Source: Eledone cirrhosa (Eukaryota). From it: 64,000 bases of DNA. The stretch spans positions 304,048,001 to 304,112,000 of the forward strand of contig OZ024742.1 of NCBI GenBank assembly GCA_964016885.1, written 5' to 3'. Positions within the stretch are counted from its first letter, which is position 1, and every line of letters starts with the position of its first letter. Below are positions 25,795-39,193 of this stretch, in pieces. The notes below the pieces were generated by a model. That model did no database searches. It saw only the letters and a list, made by a program, of their open reading frames with translations, and was not told where the DNA came from. The translations under genes and the position numbers were made by a program.

Positions 25795-26254
25795 TCTCTC
25801 TCTATAATTATTAGTCTTTCTTTTTAGATAGATACATAGATATAACGTTGCGCCCTTATAATATCTGTCTGTATGTCTGGTCTGGCTGTCTGCATTACGA
25901 CATTATGACGCCATGTGTGTGTATATATGTGTGTATATATATATAGTGTGTGTGTATATATATAGTGTGTAACGTTTTTTGAAATATTTACTTCTGCATT
26001 CACAGATTGATTTTTTTAGTTTCAGAAGATCCTGTTAAAGGTGAAAGCAGCGATTCTTTGCTTAAACTTTAATCTGTTATTTTAATATATATATATATAT
26101 ATATAATTATATATTCCGGTACAGATATTTTTGCATACACAATAACAAAATATAACAGACGTATTTATTTCACGAGGCTCGATAAGGATAAATATATATC
26201 AAATATATAAGAACCCTAGAGCAAATCTCGAGCAACGCCGTGCCATTCTGCTAG
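25795..26254 (+). mobile_element. Probable non-autonomous Helitron
   Basis: 5' A|TC(TC)nTATAAT; 3' imperfect hairpin CTCGAGCAACGCCGTG about 9 nt before a CTAG|T terminus. The 5' boundary is uncertain. Confidence 0.5.
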
Positions 26255-26730
26255 TATTATACTAAAACTGTCAGAGTTTGCATAAATATTACAAGTGCAA
26301 GAGGAAGTCTTCCACATTTTGTTTTGCTTTCTCTTCAGGAAGTGTCTGTACCTACTGCCTTTACTGGTTGCCTGTTATCATAATACAATTAATATGTTAT
26401 TCTTTGGTAGCAAACGTAGAATACTAATCATTGAATGTTGGCTCAGTGCGGTCTGAGTAAAAATAAAAAAAACTTGCTAATGTGGACTTTATATTTAACT
26501 ATTTCGGTGTCAATATAAAAAGTAACAATCTAAGATGGACATGCTGGTCTAATCTGTTTCCGGTTCAGTTTTTGCTGACGGCAACAACCGTGATGACTAT
26601 ATCGGCCCTGGTAACTGAATGTATTAACAATTTCAGGGACTTCATATGATCCCTTTCCAGGTGTTTGCAATAGAGAGGTGACATTACATAGTTTCATGAG
26701 AAAACATTTAAACCTTCATTAATGTTAGAA

Positions 26731-26906
26731 GGGCGGGGGGATTGGCAGTATCGGTAGAGGGTCTGACACCATGCTTTGCAGCAAGCGTTACGTGTTCAAA
26801 TCCCACCGAGGTTAACTTTGCCTTTCATCCTTAAGGGGTCGATAAAATGAAGCACAAGTAATACACTGGGATAATTGCTGGCCTTGTGCCAAAAGTAGAA
26901 ACAATT
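26731..26906 (+). mobile_element. tRNA-derived SINE
   Basis: TGGCAGTATCGGTAGAG A-box, GTTCAAATCC B-box, AACTTTGCCTTTCATCCTTAAGGGGTCGATAAAA core and GCTGGCCTTGTGCCAAAAGTAGAAACAATT tail. Confidence 0.88.
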
Positions 26907-27137
26907 CATATGTTGGAATTCTCAGTCGTTTTCATAGAAATCAATTCATTCTTTCCTGGATCTAATAATATTTTTGTTATTTAAATATGTCTCTTAATCG
27001 CAGTGTAAAGCCGTGAATGTATGTTGTCACGATGACGTAGTGGTGTTAAAAGTCGTGTTAAATGATAGTGGTAGGCAAGATGGGCATAAGTGGTGCTGAT
27101 GACGATGATGATGATATTGTTGGTGGTGGTGATGATA

Positions 27138-27185
<48 letters not shown>

Positions 27186-27533
27186 TTGGTGATGATGATG
27201 ATGATGATTAGGATGATGAAAGTGGCGTTAATGAAGTTGGTGGTGTTGAAGATGGTGGTGAGGATGGCAGTGGTGTTCAAGAAGATTTATGTTATCCTGA
27301 AATTAACGATAGTTATGATATCCCAGTAGATTTAATGTTTCTCACAAGTTTGAACGCTGTAGAAGTCGTGGTGTTGCCTGGTCTAGTCTCCTCCCGTCTG
27401 GGCTGGTAGAATTACTATCGTTCTGCTGTTGCTGTTGTTATTTTTTGTTTGTTTATGTAGTTATTTATGTTAATGTTCCTGGTGATGATGATTGTTATGC
27501 TGATATTGATGAGGATAACGATCTTGTTGTTGT

Positions 27534-27580
<47 letters not shown>

Positions 27581-28215
27581 GTAATGGTGATGATGATGCT
27601 TGTGATGATGATGACAAATGATGATGATGATCATCATCATCATAATTATTGTTGTTGACGGCTGTAGTGGCTACAAGAATTATGGTTTAAAGTGTGTGAC
27701 GATAGAGGGTGAGAGAAAGTAAGGTTGTGTACACTGGTTATGAAATGGGTGAGATGGCGTGTTGAGTGTTGCAAAAATAAAAAAAAAGTAACGAAAAATA
27801 TAAATGAATTAAAATGGCGAACAACTGATTTGTTTTCGACGTTGCCAGTTTTGTTAATGTTATTATTATTATTGTCATTACACTCACTGCTGTTTTGTAC
27901 TATTGTTATACTTTTTTGCATGTTGTTTTAATCACCTTTGTTGTTCTTGAAATTCATTAAGATTTGACGTGTTTCAATGGTAGAAATTGTTGTTGTTGTT
28001 ACTGCTACTGCTGTATTTGTTGTTGAGTTCACAAAGTTACTGTTTTTATGATAAAGTATTACATGTTTAGCTCACGGTCAGTCCTGGCTGAATAGTAATA
28101 AGACCGAAAAGATTCCATTCACGACGGCTTCGCCCTTCTCAAATCCTATTGCATAATGGCTCCGTTCCTTTGAAAAGTTGTTTTATAGTAAATTTCAGGG
28201 TCAGGTATAGCTGAG

Positions 28216-28690
28216 TTGAAATATAAAATTTCGTGGCTCCTCACCCAGATCTTTACGCCTATACTCTCCACCTTCACCGGGTATGTCAGTAGCTCCGGTG
28301 AAGTTATACAAAGACTCCACCAACTCCAACCAGACCAACGTAGACTCAATACGTACGCCTTTAACCTAGACATTGTTTCCCTCTACACTACAGCCCCTGC
28401 TCACTCAGCTATCAACGTATTGACTGACTGTATAGTCTCCGAGAACATTTATTGCTACGGCCTCCACCCGGCAGACATACACCAGCTTCTAACTATCACG
28501 GAGGATAATACTTCACGTTCCACCACCACACATTCAGACAGACAACAGGACTACGTATCGGATCCAGCCTATCGGGCCTGCTGGCTATTACTTATATGAA
28601 CCAGCTGGAATGTCGGGCTCTCAACACTTGCCACTCCCTTACCTTCTTCACCCAATATGTAGATGACATACTCAACCTTTGTCGTGGCTT
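28216..28690 (+). pseudogene. Penelope-like reverse transcriptase fragment (frameshifted)
   Basis: AFNLDIVSLYTTAP (motif A), TFRQTTGLRIGSSLSGLLA (motif B', shifted frame), FTQYVDDIL (motif C). Confidence 0.82.
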
Positions 28691-28744
28691 TCAAACTTCG
28701 AATTCTTTATATATATATATCACATACATATATATATATGTATA

Positions 28745-28996
28745 TGATAAAATTTGCTCCGGACGTAACACCCGTGTCTGAAAGAACCCGCAGAAGTAGA
28801 ATCAGCCAGATCCATACAAGGACCATAACTCGAGCTACATGCCGGCGAAACATTTGTAACACGAAATAAACTAAGTCCAGATGCATCACTGATTTTTCGT
28901 TTTCTTTATAATATCTACACTCTACTCTGATAAATATCGAGTGCTAATTTTGGCATACCGCCTATGGAAGCACCATAGCTACCACTATACACAACT
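28745..28996 (+). mobile_element. pLTR fragment with a near-canonical hammerhead (28773-28863); same family as 38698-38968
   Basis: CGTGT-CTGAAAGA-ACCCGCAG...TGCCGGC-GAAAC-ATTT-GTA-ACACG. Downstream AGTCCAGATGCATCACTGATTTTTCG...TTTTGGCATACCGCCTATG is shared with 38848-38940. Confidence 0.75.
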
Positions 28997-29169
28997 ATAT
29001 ATATATATATATATATATTCATCTCTTTCTAGAAAGAATCAAGTGTGTTCAGAACTGGAGACGGATGAACTTCGTCAGGTATTCGTAAGATTGGTTGTAT
29101 GACACACCGTATGATCGTGCCTCAACGACTCTATTATGAATTTAAGATCCGAGATTAATGCATAATTTG

Positions 29170-29326
29170 AATTAAATATCTATATAGTGAACACCTTAAT
29201 AATATAAATCAAAATATCCATATGGGGAACTCCTCAATATTATAAATTATAATAGCCGTATGGTAAATACCTCAATGTTATAAATTAAAGTATCATTGTA
29301 GAGAGCACATCGATATTATGAACTTA
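29170..29326. repeat. Diverged ~39-40-bp minisatellite, ~4 copies
   Basis: Recurring AATATC.ATAT(G/A)G.GAAC(A/T)CCT(C/T)AAT..TATAAAT unit. Confidence 0.5.
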
Positions 29327-30693
29327 CAATGTCAGTGTATGATTTATTTTATCTTTTTCTTGCCATTCTTGAAACCAACAAATGTGTGCTTTTGAGTCAG
29401 TATGCCTTTTCCCTAAAAGGAGTTTTATAAAGCACCCTCGACATGCCTGCAATGTGAGCAAAAAAAGGTGGGATCATAGCAGATTATTTTACTAATTGTG
29501 CGCTGTGGCTTATTATCCGTTTGGGCTAGTGATCCTAAACATCAATTTCTTTTTAGAAAGGGTCTATCCATGTCGTAATCCATAAAAATAAATATTTTTA
29601 ATTGTTTCATAATATTATTATTGTGCCGGTTTTAAATATTTGAAACATTTTTATGAAACATGCAGCTGCCTTTAAACGCTTACCCTCCCACACCCCACTG
29701 ATTGCGCATTCTTGACTATTACTAACCATTTGTAAGCTCATGCTCCCCCAAGGAGTCGTTACCGCCTAGGATAAGAAACACTGACTTAAATGAAAAAAAG
29801 ACATTTCTAGCTGAAATTCGAAATCAGAATGTCGAGCCGGCTTTACAGCAAATTAACCTGGTTTTGCAGTTTTCATCACATGAACTTTAATAATCGCTCT
29901 TAATGTAATCTTTTCTAGGATCTTTCGTTTAACTGCAAATTATTTCTTCTCCTTATTCAATCAGTACTATTGCTATTGTTTTACATTTAGTTTGTCCTTC
30001 CTCATTAGTAAGCTTAACTAATTATTTAGATTTACTTAATTAACTTACTTTACTCTTTCTAATCAGCCCGACACGTTATTCCTTAGATTTATTTACTGAT
30101 TAGTTATTTAGATTTTAGAAACTCCTGATTACTCTCTGGAACAAAAAAGAAAATCCCTAAATGTCTGAAATAAAATAGAATTTCTGCCCTGAAGTTTTCT
30201 TCGCCATTTGAAAATATAGTTATTTATTTACTCGATGTCGTAGAAAAGGTTAGTGTGCGAATCAGAGATTTTGTTATAGGTAGCTGATGTTTAAAAATTG
30301 TTATTATAATACATAGTATACGTATTGCATTCAGTAGAAGGCCTTTCTATGATGTTGGCTTCCTTCACCACGACATTTAGCGTTACGTTTCTACTTATAT
30401 TGGAGAATCCATGGTCATTTATTTAGTTCTAGGTTTTCCGTAGATATACCCGCATGCTAGAGTGAAGGATGGTGGTGACTATATCAAGGACACGAATTGT
30501 TATATGTCATTAGGTGATTCTATAAAAAAAAACTAGATCTTTTCATTTTTGAAATGTATTGTTTGTACGGTGTTTTTTCTACTTTGTTTTGGGTTCTCTT
30601 TGGTGTATATTGATTATATCGTTTATTGTGTAGCATTTCTGTTGCAAACTGGTATATTGAATTATACATACATACACACACACGCACACACAC

Positions 30694-30834
<141 letters not shown>

Positions 30835-31021
30835 TATCCCGCGTTCAATCGGGGGTAACCACAGTAAATACATAGCAGAGTATAAATATGTAATATAGAA
30901 ATGGCTTCTACTGGACTAGAACTGTTTCATTCCAAGGAAATCATCAGGAACGCACCAGTGGCTTTCCTGATGATTTCCTTAGAATGAAACAGATCTAGTT
31001 CCGTAGAAGCCATTTCTATAT

Positions 31022-31023
<2 letters not shown>
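30835..31023. mobile_element. Fold-back mini-element made of two divergent hammerheads (minus 30902-30950; plus 30959-31012)
   Basis: Arms 30891-30950 and 30965-31023. Plus copy: TGGCTTTC-CTGATGA-TTTCCTTAGAAT-GAAAC-AGATCTAGTTCC-GTA-GAAGCCA. The minus copy has CTGATGA-TTTCC TT GGAAT-GAAAC. Confidence 0.78.
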
Positions 31024-31060
<37 letters not shown>

Positions 31061-31178
31061 GGGATACATTCTGTAAATAATATCGATCCCGGTATTTGTT
31101 CAATTCTGGTTGGCTTAGTTTCTCTCTACATCTCTCTATCTCGGAATTGGCTAACGTACGCCATGAGAAACATAATAC

Positions 31179-31300
31179 ATAATTGTTTCTACTTTTGGCA
31201 CAAGGCCAGCAATTATCCCAGTGTATTACTGGTACTTTATTTTATCGACCTCGTAAGGATGAAAGGCAAAGTTAACCTCGGCGGGATTTGAACTCAGACT
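31179..31300 (-). mobile_element. Truncated tRNA-derived SINE
   Basis: AATTGTTTCTACTTTTGGCACAAGGCCAGC...GATGAAAGGCAAAGTTAACCTCGGCGGGATTTGAACTCAGA. Confidence 0.85.
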
Positions 31301-32422
31301 GCGATATCATAACAGCATGCTTTTTTACGTATGAAGACGCGATGAACGTAAAACTATCAACCACTCCTTATGGAAAAAAATAACTCATATTCTTTAGGAA
31401 CCGTCCTGCATCATCCTGTTTTACAGCATTACACGAAATAGTATAACTAATAACCAATGCGAATAAATGCGTACTTGTCTTTCCTCTTTGCGATGCTTTT
31501 CTAATATAACGTTAATGCGTAAATCCCTTCTGATCGAGTGAGAAGTCCACCTAATATTTGTTGATGATGAACTTACAATGGAATGAGCAATGGTACATCA
31601 GCTACTGCACATATCCTTTAGGTAGAAATCCACTGTTTTACGGAAATTACGCTTCTTATAATTTGGTTTAAAAAACTGTATAATAAAATACGCAATGGAA
31701 TACACAAGTATCACTCTCAAGACGCAATCATTTTTATACCATTAGAGACAAAGCATGCTTAAACAAAACGTGTACTTAGGTTACATCAGTAAAATATAGT
31801 TAATGTGAGAGGGAACATTCACTACTATAAGAGATAAGTAATTTGCTGAAAAAGAAAACGTGGTATACAGTTTCTGTTTTAAACTAATACTATTTCATTT
31901 CAGTTAAAACACAAATGAGTTTTAGCTACGAGGATAGACACATAACCCTTCAATTGGTGGACTATTTTATTTGTTTCCACTGTATAAATTGCCATCTTTT
32001 TCATGTGATATGTGTGACATCTTATCACCGTGTATGTAGTAGTTAGCTCTCTCTCTCTCAAAAAACAAAAACAAAAAAAAAAAACAAATGCAACACGTCG
32101 TAAAATAACGACGAATAATAAGTGAAGTAAAATGATGTAGAAATGATAATTAACAAGTAGATAATTAAAAAGGAGGTGGAAAATATATAAATATGTGAAG
32201 GAAATTGCAGTTTGGATGCAAGAGACACTAAATGAGAAGTAAGAGAGAGAGGGGGGAACAGAGAGAAAGAGAGAGGGGGGAACTGCGAAAAAGAGAGAGG
32301 GGGAACTGAGAGAAAGAGAGAGAGAGAGGCGGGAAGAGAGATTGAGAAAGAGATGCATGGAAAAGAAATATTATGGTTAACAAAAAACAAAAATATACAT
32401 ACAGCCATGCATATATAAATAT

Positions 32423-32473
<51 letters not shown>

Positions 32474-32711
32474 AATATTTCAGATAAATGAATATAGATG
32501 TAAGTACATAGTTTAAATCAGAAGCTTCTTTGTGAAAAAACTACATTTTGAACTCCTATTCTAAACTGAACAAAATGCGTGACTATTTTAATGCGTTTCA
32601 GACTATAAATATTCATTCAAGCAATGTTAACCATAAACATTTGCTGAGGAAAATAACGATAGGAACATTTTTGTAATGGATGAATTAGAATTATCAAGTA
32701 AACCTGATAAA

Positions 32712-33306
32712 GATTTCTACTATAGGCACAAGACCAGCAATTTGGGGAGAGGGTACAGTCGATTAAATCAACCCAAGTGTATTACTGGTGTTTTATTTTA
32801 TCGACCTCGTAAGAATGAATGGCAAAGCTATTTTCGACGGGATTTAACTCATCCTCAATGCACAGCGGCATCGGATTAGCAACAAATAGCCACGTCTACC
32901 TAGAAACAAATAATTGTTTCTACTTTTGGAACAAGGCCAGCAATTTACCAGTGCATTACTGGTGCTTTATTTTATCGACCTCGAGAGGCAAAGTTAACCT
33001 CAGCGGCATATGAACTCAGAACATAAGGGGCCATAACTCTATGCTGCAAAACATGGTGTCTGGCGCTCTTCCGGTACTGATAATCCACGCGTAATAATTT
33101 TTTCTACTTTAGGCACAAGGCCAGAAATTTGAAGGGGAGGGGACAGGCAATTAAATCAACCCCAGTGCATTACTGGTGCTTTATTTTATCGAAGCGTAAG
33201 GATGAAAGGCAAAGCTAACCTCGGCGGGATTTGAACTCAGAACGTAAAGGGCCATACCTCTATGCTGAAAAACATGGTGTCTGACACTCTACCGATACTG
33301 CTAATC
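32712..33306 (-). mobile_element. Cluster of three head-to-tail SINE copies
   Basis: The tail TTTCTACT...CAAG(G/A)CCAG recurs at ~32713, ~32917 and ~33101, each followed by the family core. Confidence 0.85.
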
Positions 33307-33763
33307 TACGAGTAATGATAAAATATTTTCGCACCCAGAATAGAATTTGGGCGATAAATTGGCAAAAAGGGCAGTTTTGTTTGCATGTTAAAATTATATA
33401 AGTTTAGGAAATTAAGGCGCAAAACAATAAATACGAAAATTTTAGTTAGAAATTATGAGTTGAAAATGACGGTAGCATTACACAGTTAAGATTGAGCTAT
33501 GCTAACATAATTTGGGAAGGATATGTTTATTTTTGTTTTAAGAACTGTGGTAAGTTTTACTTGTCAAATTATACGAATTCAAAGTATTTTAAATGTGTAA
33601 AATCCGCTCCATTTCAAATTAATTACCTATAAAATTTATGAGCGAAATATTAGATCTAGAGAAACTTTCACACATTGCATTGCTTAAAATAAAAACTGAA
33701 CCATACTTGTATTTACATGTTAATCTTCAAATAATATCATTTATTGCAAGATGTGATAAGTGG

Positions 33764-33818
<55 letters not shown>

Positions 33819-33828
33819 TATATATATG

Positions 33829-34017
<189 letters not shown>

Positions 34018-34510
34018 CAATAATCTAAGCTATGTTCAAATCATTTTATTGCTGACGATCGTTTCTTCTGAACTATCGTTCGGATTGATCGGAGCAGTAG
34101 CAATGTTTGTACATATAATTAACCTCCTATTCAACTGAACAATCATATAGATACATGGATATTTATGTTGTCAAGAACAGTTTCGTATTTACAGAGTGGA
34201 ATGGATGCGACATAGGCTTCAAGAGAATTGTACAATAATTAAAATTAAAAATTAAAAATTAAAAATTAAAAATTAAAAAGGCATAAACGTGGAATGCATG
34301 CGACAGAGATTACAAGGGAATAGTATAACAATTAATGAGGCATTAAGGTAGAAAGTTAATCGTAAAATGAGGACAGTAGCAGTAAATATGCAGGCGTAAA
34401 GAGAGTGCAAATGCATTAGTCATATACAGGAAGGAAGGAAGCAATGGTACTAGGCATATATAATTTCTGCAAGCCAAGGTATCACATACAATAACATAGG
34501 TTTACAACCA

Positions 34511-36484
34511 CTATTAAAAAACCTAGAGGATATAAATAAAGAAGTCCATAGTGTGTAAATTAGGACTTCAGAGACATACACAGCTATACACTCCTAACCC
34601 CTCAAGATTCTCTCTGAAAGATCATAAGTAAGACTTTAATAGTAACCCTTCTATAAGACTAATTTTCCCTTCCAAAATATTAGATAGAATCATCCCACAA
34701 TTTAAGCATAAAATATATCTTAACCAGTGGGGAAATACTGGTGAAGTTATTGAATGGTTCAATGATATTAAAGAGAATATTAAAAAAAAAATTATACAAT
34801 TTGATATTAATTAATACTACACCTCTATTTCCCCTATCCTATTAAATAAGGCATTAATTATGGCTATGAACAATAGTGACCTTACTATATCCCAAATTGA
34901 TGTAATCCTTGCGGTCCGAAAACCCATAATTACTTTTGAAGATCAATCATGGACCCGCAAGGATAGAGATAACAACTTTGACATAATTATGGGATCTATT
35001 GACTCAGCGCAGGTCACCGATTTGGTCGGCCTATATCTCTTAAATGAAATTCATAAGAACCTACCCTCGATGGTGGTTTATACCGCGATGATGCACTACT
35101 TCTTATTGACTATACAAAATTTAATATAGAAAGAACTAGGAAACAATTACATAACATTTTCAAAAACTTCAACTTAGGTATCATCTTAGATAAAAACACT
35201 AAAAACGTTAACTTCCTTGATGTTACTCTTTACCTGGACTCTAAAATATATACACCCTTTCATAAATCAAACGAAAAACTACTTTATGTAGATATCAACT
35301 CTAACCACCCTAAAACTATATTAAACTCTATTACTAAAGGAATATCAAATAGAATCTCTAATCTATCATATAACGAAACCATATTTAACAATAATTCCCA
35401 ATACTATAATGAGGCCTTAGCTAAATCAGGACATAAAAATGAGATTAAATTTCTACCTATAAAATCACCTAGTTACAACATTATTTCTCACAATATGACC
35501 ACGAGGAAAAATAATAAAAGTATTAATCACTCTAACTCTAATACAAAGGGTAATATCAAACTTAACTCGCACCAGATAAACACCACAATAATAATATAAA
35601 CAGAAATATAAACAATACCTCAAATAACATTACAAAAAACAAAAATAGAAGAAGAATTAATACATTCTTCAACCCCCCTTTCAATCTAAACGTCTCTACC
35701 AACTTACTGAAGGCTATCTTCTCAATCCTAGAAAAACACTTCCCAGCCGGCCACAAATACCATAATCTTATCAATAAAAATACCATTAAAATCTCTTACT
35801 CTACCACACCTAACATCGCATACCATATAGCTAGTAGTAATAAAAGGAGGATTAATAATTATTTCAAACTAATTAAATCACAACAGGAGGTAAACTTACA
35901 GGGCAACATAGTATCAGAGATTTCTAGTAGGAATAATAATAATGATATTAGCACTAATGAAATTAATAATAATAGGAACGACAACCATCATTACCCTAAT
36001 GATATCCCTATCAACCAGGCATCTACACAACATAGTAACCAGCAAGCAAACAAACACAACAATTGTAACTGTAGAACATATAGAACTTGCCCCTTATGTA
36101 AAAATTGCTTAATCAAAGACATCATTTACTCATGCACGGTCAACACAAACAACTCTTCTAAAAGATATATCGGTTCAACTTCAAACTGCTTCAAGACGAG
36201 ATATAACTCGCATCGTCACACTTTCAAAAATCGCAATCTAGCCAACTCCACTTTTTATCTAGCTACATACACTCTCTGAAAACTAGGAATAGACCATATA
36301 CACTTCAATGGGAGATAGTAGATAGGGCCGCATTGTATAAACCATCAAATAAATTATGTAACCTCTGTCTTCTAGAGACCCAAACAATAATCTATTCCAA
36401 GCTAGACCTCCTAAATAGAAAATCATAGGTTTTTTCGATGTGCCACCACTACTACTGACACTCTTTCCATAGCTTTAAACCTAG
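34511..36484 (+). pseudogene. PLE ORF remnant: RT followed by C-terminal GIY-YIG endonuclease (Hydra-clade-like)
   Basis: LNQWGNTGEVIEWF, IQFDI, NFDIIMGSIDSAQVTDLVGLYLL, LYRDDAL, VNFLDVTL, YVDINSNHP, FFNPPFNLNV, CNCRTYRTCPLCKNCLIKDIIY..RYIGSTSNCFKTRYNSH, CNLCLLE. Multiple frameshifts and stops. Confidence 0.88.
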
Positions 36485-36808
36485 CTGCTATTATATAACA
36501 ATCTCAGATCTGAATTCTACACCACCATTAACACTTCACCTCTAGGTCTTATCAGCATATAAGTACCCCCACAGCATCACACACTATGATCAGCTCATCA
36601 CTCTACCTAACTCCTTTTTATCTTAAACTTTATACTATACAATAACTATTAGGAATAAACATAAAGCTAACACCATTTAATATAACCACTATAGCTTGCT
36701 TATATTATATTCAATAATGGATAGATAATAATATGAGACACTTAATGTAGTTTAGGAAAATAAATTATATTTATAATTAAATATATAAATTAATAGCATT
36801 ATATATAT

Positions 36809-37585
36809 GGGCGATGGATTGGTAGTATCGGTAGAGGGTCGGACGCTATGGTTTGTATGCATAGAGTTACGGCTCTTGCCATTCTGAGTTCAAATCCCGC
36901 CGAGGTTAACTTTGCCTTTCATCCTTACGGGGTCGATGAAATAAAGTACCAGTAATGTACTGGGTAATTGCTGGCCTTGTGCCAATAGTAGAAACAATTA
37001 TATATATGGGATTCTCTTATAACATAATATAATGTATATTAATAGCACAAGAGATTTAACTAATTAGACCTGTAAAAAACTATACATTTTTTTCCTGTAG
37101 CTTTCTTATACTTTATTCAGTAATGGATAGATAACAATATAATTGTTTCTACTTTAGGCACAAGGCCAGTAATGACCCAGTGCATTACTGGTACTTTATT
37201 TTATCGACCCCGTAAGGATGAAAGGCAAAGTTAATATTGGCGGGATTTGAACTCAGAATAGCAAGGGCCATAACTCTATGCGTCAAAGTATGGCGTCAGA
37301 CCCTCCAACGATACTGCCAATCCAAACAATATAATGAGACCTTTAATGTATTATAGGAAAATAGATTGTATTTAAAATTAAATATAAAGAAATAACATTA
37401 TAGGATTGGCAGTATCGGTAGAGAGTCAGACGCCATGCTTTCCAGCATAGTGACGTCCCTTTACGATCTGAGTTCAAATCCCGCAGAAGCTGACTTTGCC
37501 TTTCATCATTACGGGGTCGATAAAATAAAGTACCAGTAATGCACTGGTTAATTGCTGGCCTTGTGCCTAAAGTAGAAACAATTAT
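36809..37585. mobile_element. Three SINEs nested in the PLE 3' region: 36809-37000 (+), 37141-37324 (-), 37403-37585 (+)
   Basis: Full family head, core and tail in each copy. The middle copy is flanked by the target-site duplication AACAATATAAT. Confidence 0.9.
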
Positions 37586-38618
37586 ATAAAAGGGATTCAC
37601 TTATAACACAATATAATGTATATCAACACAAAGAATTTAACTAATTGGAGCTGTAAACAACTTTACCTTTTTCTAGCTTCTTATATCATTTACAATGTAA
37701 TTCGCTAGTTACCTCCCCTTTCGTATTAGTTCCCCTTAATATAGATCAAACTCACTTCCGGAAATTAAACCGTTAGAGGAATCACTCCCCAGCATCTCGA
37801 ACCCCGGATAGCAATCATGGCTGGGACTGATTAAAAACAGTCACTAAAACATAGCTAATGAAATGGAAAAGATAGCAATAACATTGATACTCTCAGCACA
37901 TATACGTTTAAACACTACAGAAACAACCGTCACACTAGATCCACCCTAAACCCTTAATTTTAATACAAAATCAGCTTTGCCTGCCTGATATGATTGTAAA
38001 CCTATGTTATTTTATGTGATACCTTGCCTTGCAGAAATTATATATGCCTAGTACCATTGCTTGTTTCCTTCCTGTATACGAGTAATGCATTTGCACTCTC
38101 TTTACGCTTGCATATGCACTGCTAGTGTCCTCATTTTACGAGTAACTTTTTACCTTAATGCCTCATTAATTGTTATACTATTCCCTTGTAATCTCTGTCG
38201 CATGCATTCCACTCTGTGCCTTTTGAATTTTTTATTTTTTATTTTTTTATTTTTTATTTTATTTTTTATTTTTTTTTTTGTACAATTCTCTTGAAGCCTA
38301 TGTCGCATCCATTCCACTCTGTAAATACGAAACTGTTTTTGACAACATTAATATCCATGTATCTATATGATTGTTCATTTGAATAGGAGGTGAATTATAT
38401 GTACAATCATTGGTAATGCTCCGATAAATCCAAACGATAGTTCGGAAGAAACGATTGTCAGCAATAAAATGATTTGAACATAGCTTTGATTATTGTGTAA
38501 TTTATATTCCGGCTCTGTAAAACATCTCATGTGTTTACATTGAGGTGTTTTTCTTTGCTGGTAATAAGGTAGTAATAAATTACTGACCTTTCCTGTCTAT
38601 AGTGTACTCATAACTATA

Positions 38619-38697
<79 letters not shown>

Positions 38698-38701
<4 letters not shown>

Positions 38702-38968
38702 AAAAACGAAAAATCAGTGATGCATCTGGACTCAGTTTATTGCGTGTTACAATTGTTTCGCCGGCAGGTAGCTCGAGACATGATGACTGTATGGATCTGG
38801 GTGATTCTACGGCTGCCGGCGAGACAATTGTAACACGCAATAAACTGAGTCCAGATGCATCACTGATTTTTCGTTATTTTATACTATTCACACTCTGCTC
38901 TGTATGAATATTGAGTGCTAATTTTGGCATACCGCCTATGTAAGCACCATAGCTACCATTATACACAC
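38698..38968. mobile_element. Fold-back pLTR (arms 38698-38767 and 38813-38884, plus extension) centred on hammerhead stem II
   Basis: CGAAAAATCAGTGATGCATCTGGACTCAGTTTATTGCGTGTTACAATTGTTTCGCCGGCAG and its reverse complement; paralog of 28745-28996. Confidence 0.85.
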
Positions 38969-38973
38969 GTATG

Positions 38974-39108
<135 letters not shown>

Positions 39109-39122
39109 TGTGTGTATATATA

Positions 39123-39155
39123 TATATGCAACACCACAGCACGCCATTTTTCATT

Positions 39156-39193
<38 letters not shown>

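Noticed and set aside
29030-29090. CTGACGA plus hairpin on the minus strand
   Set aside because: No GAAA/NUH after the stem and no stem I.
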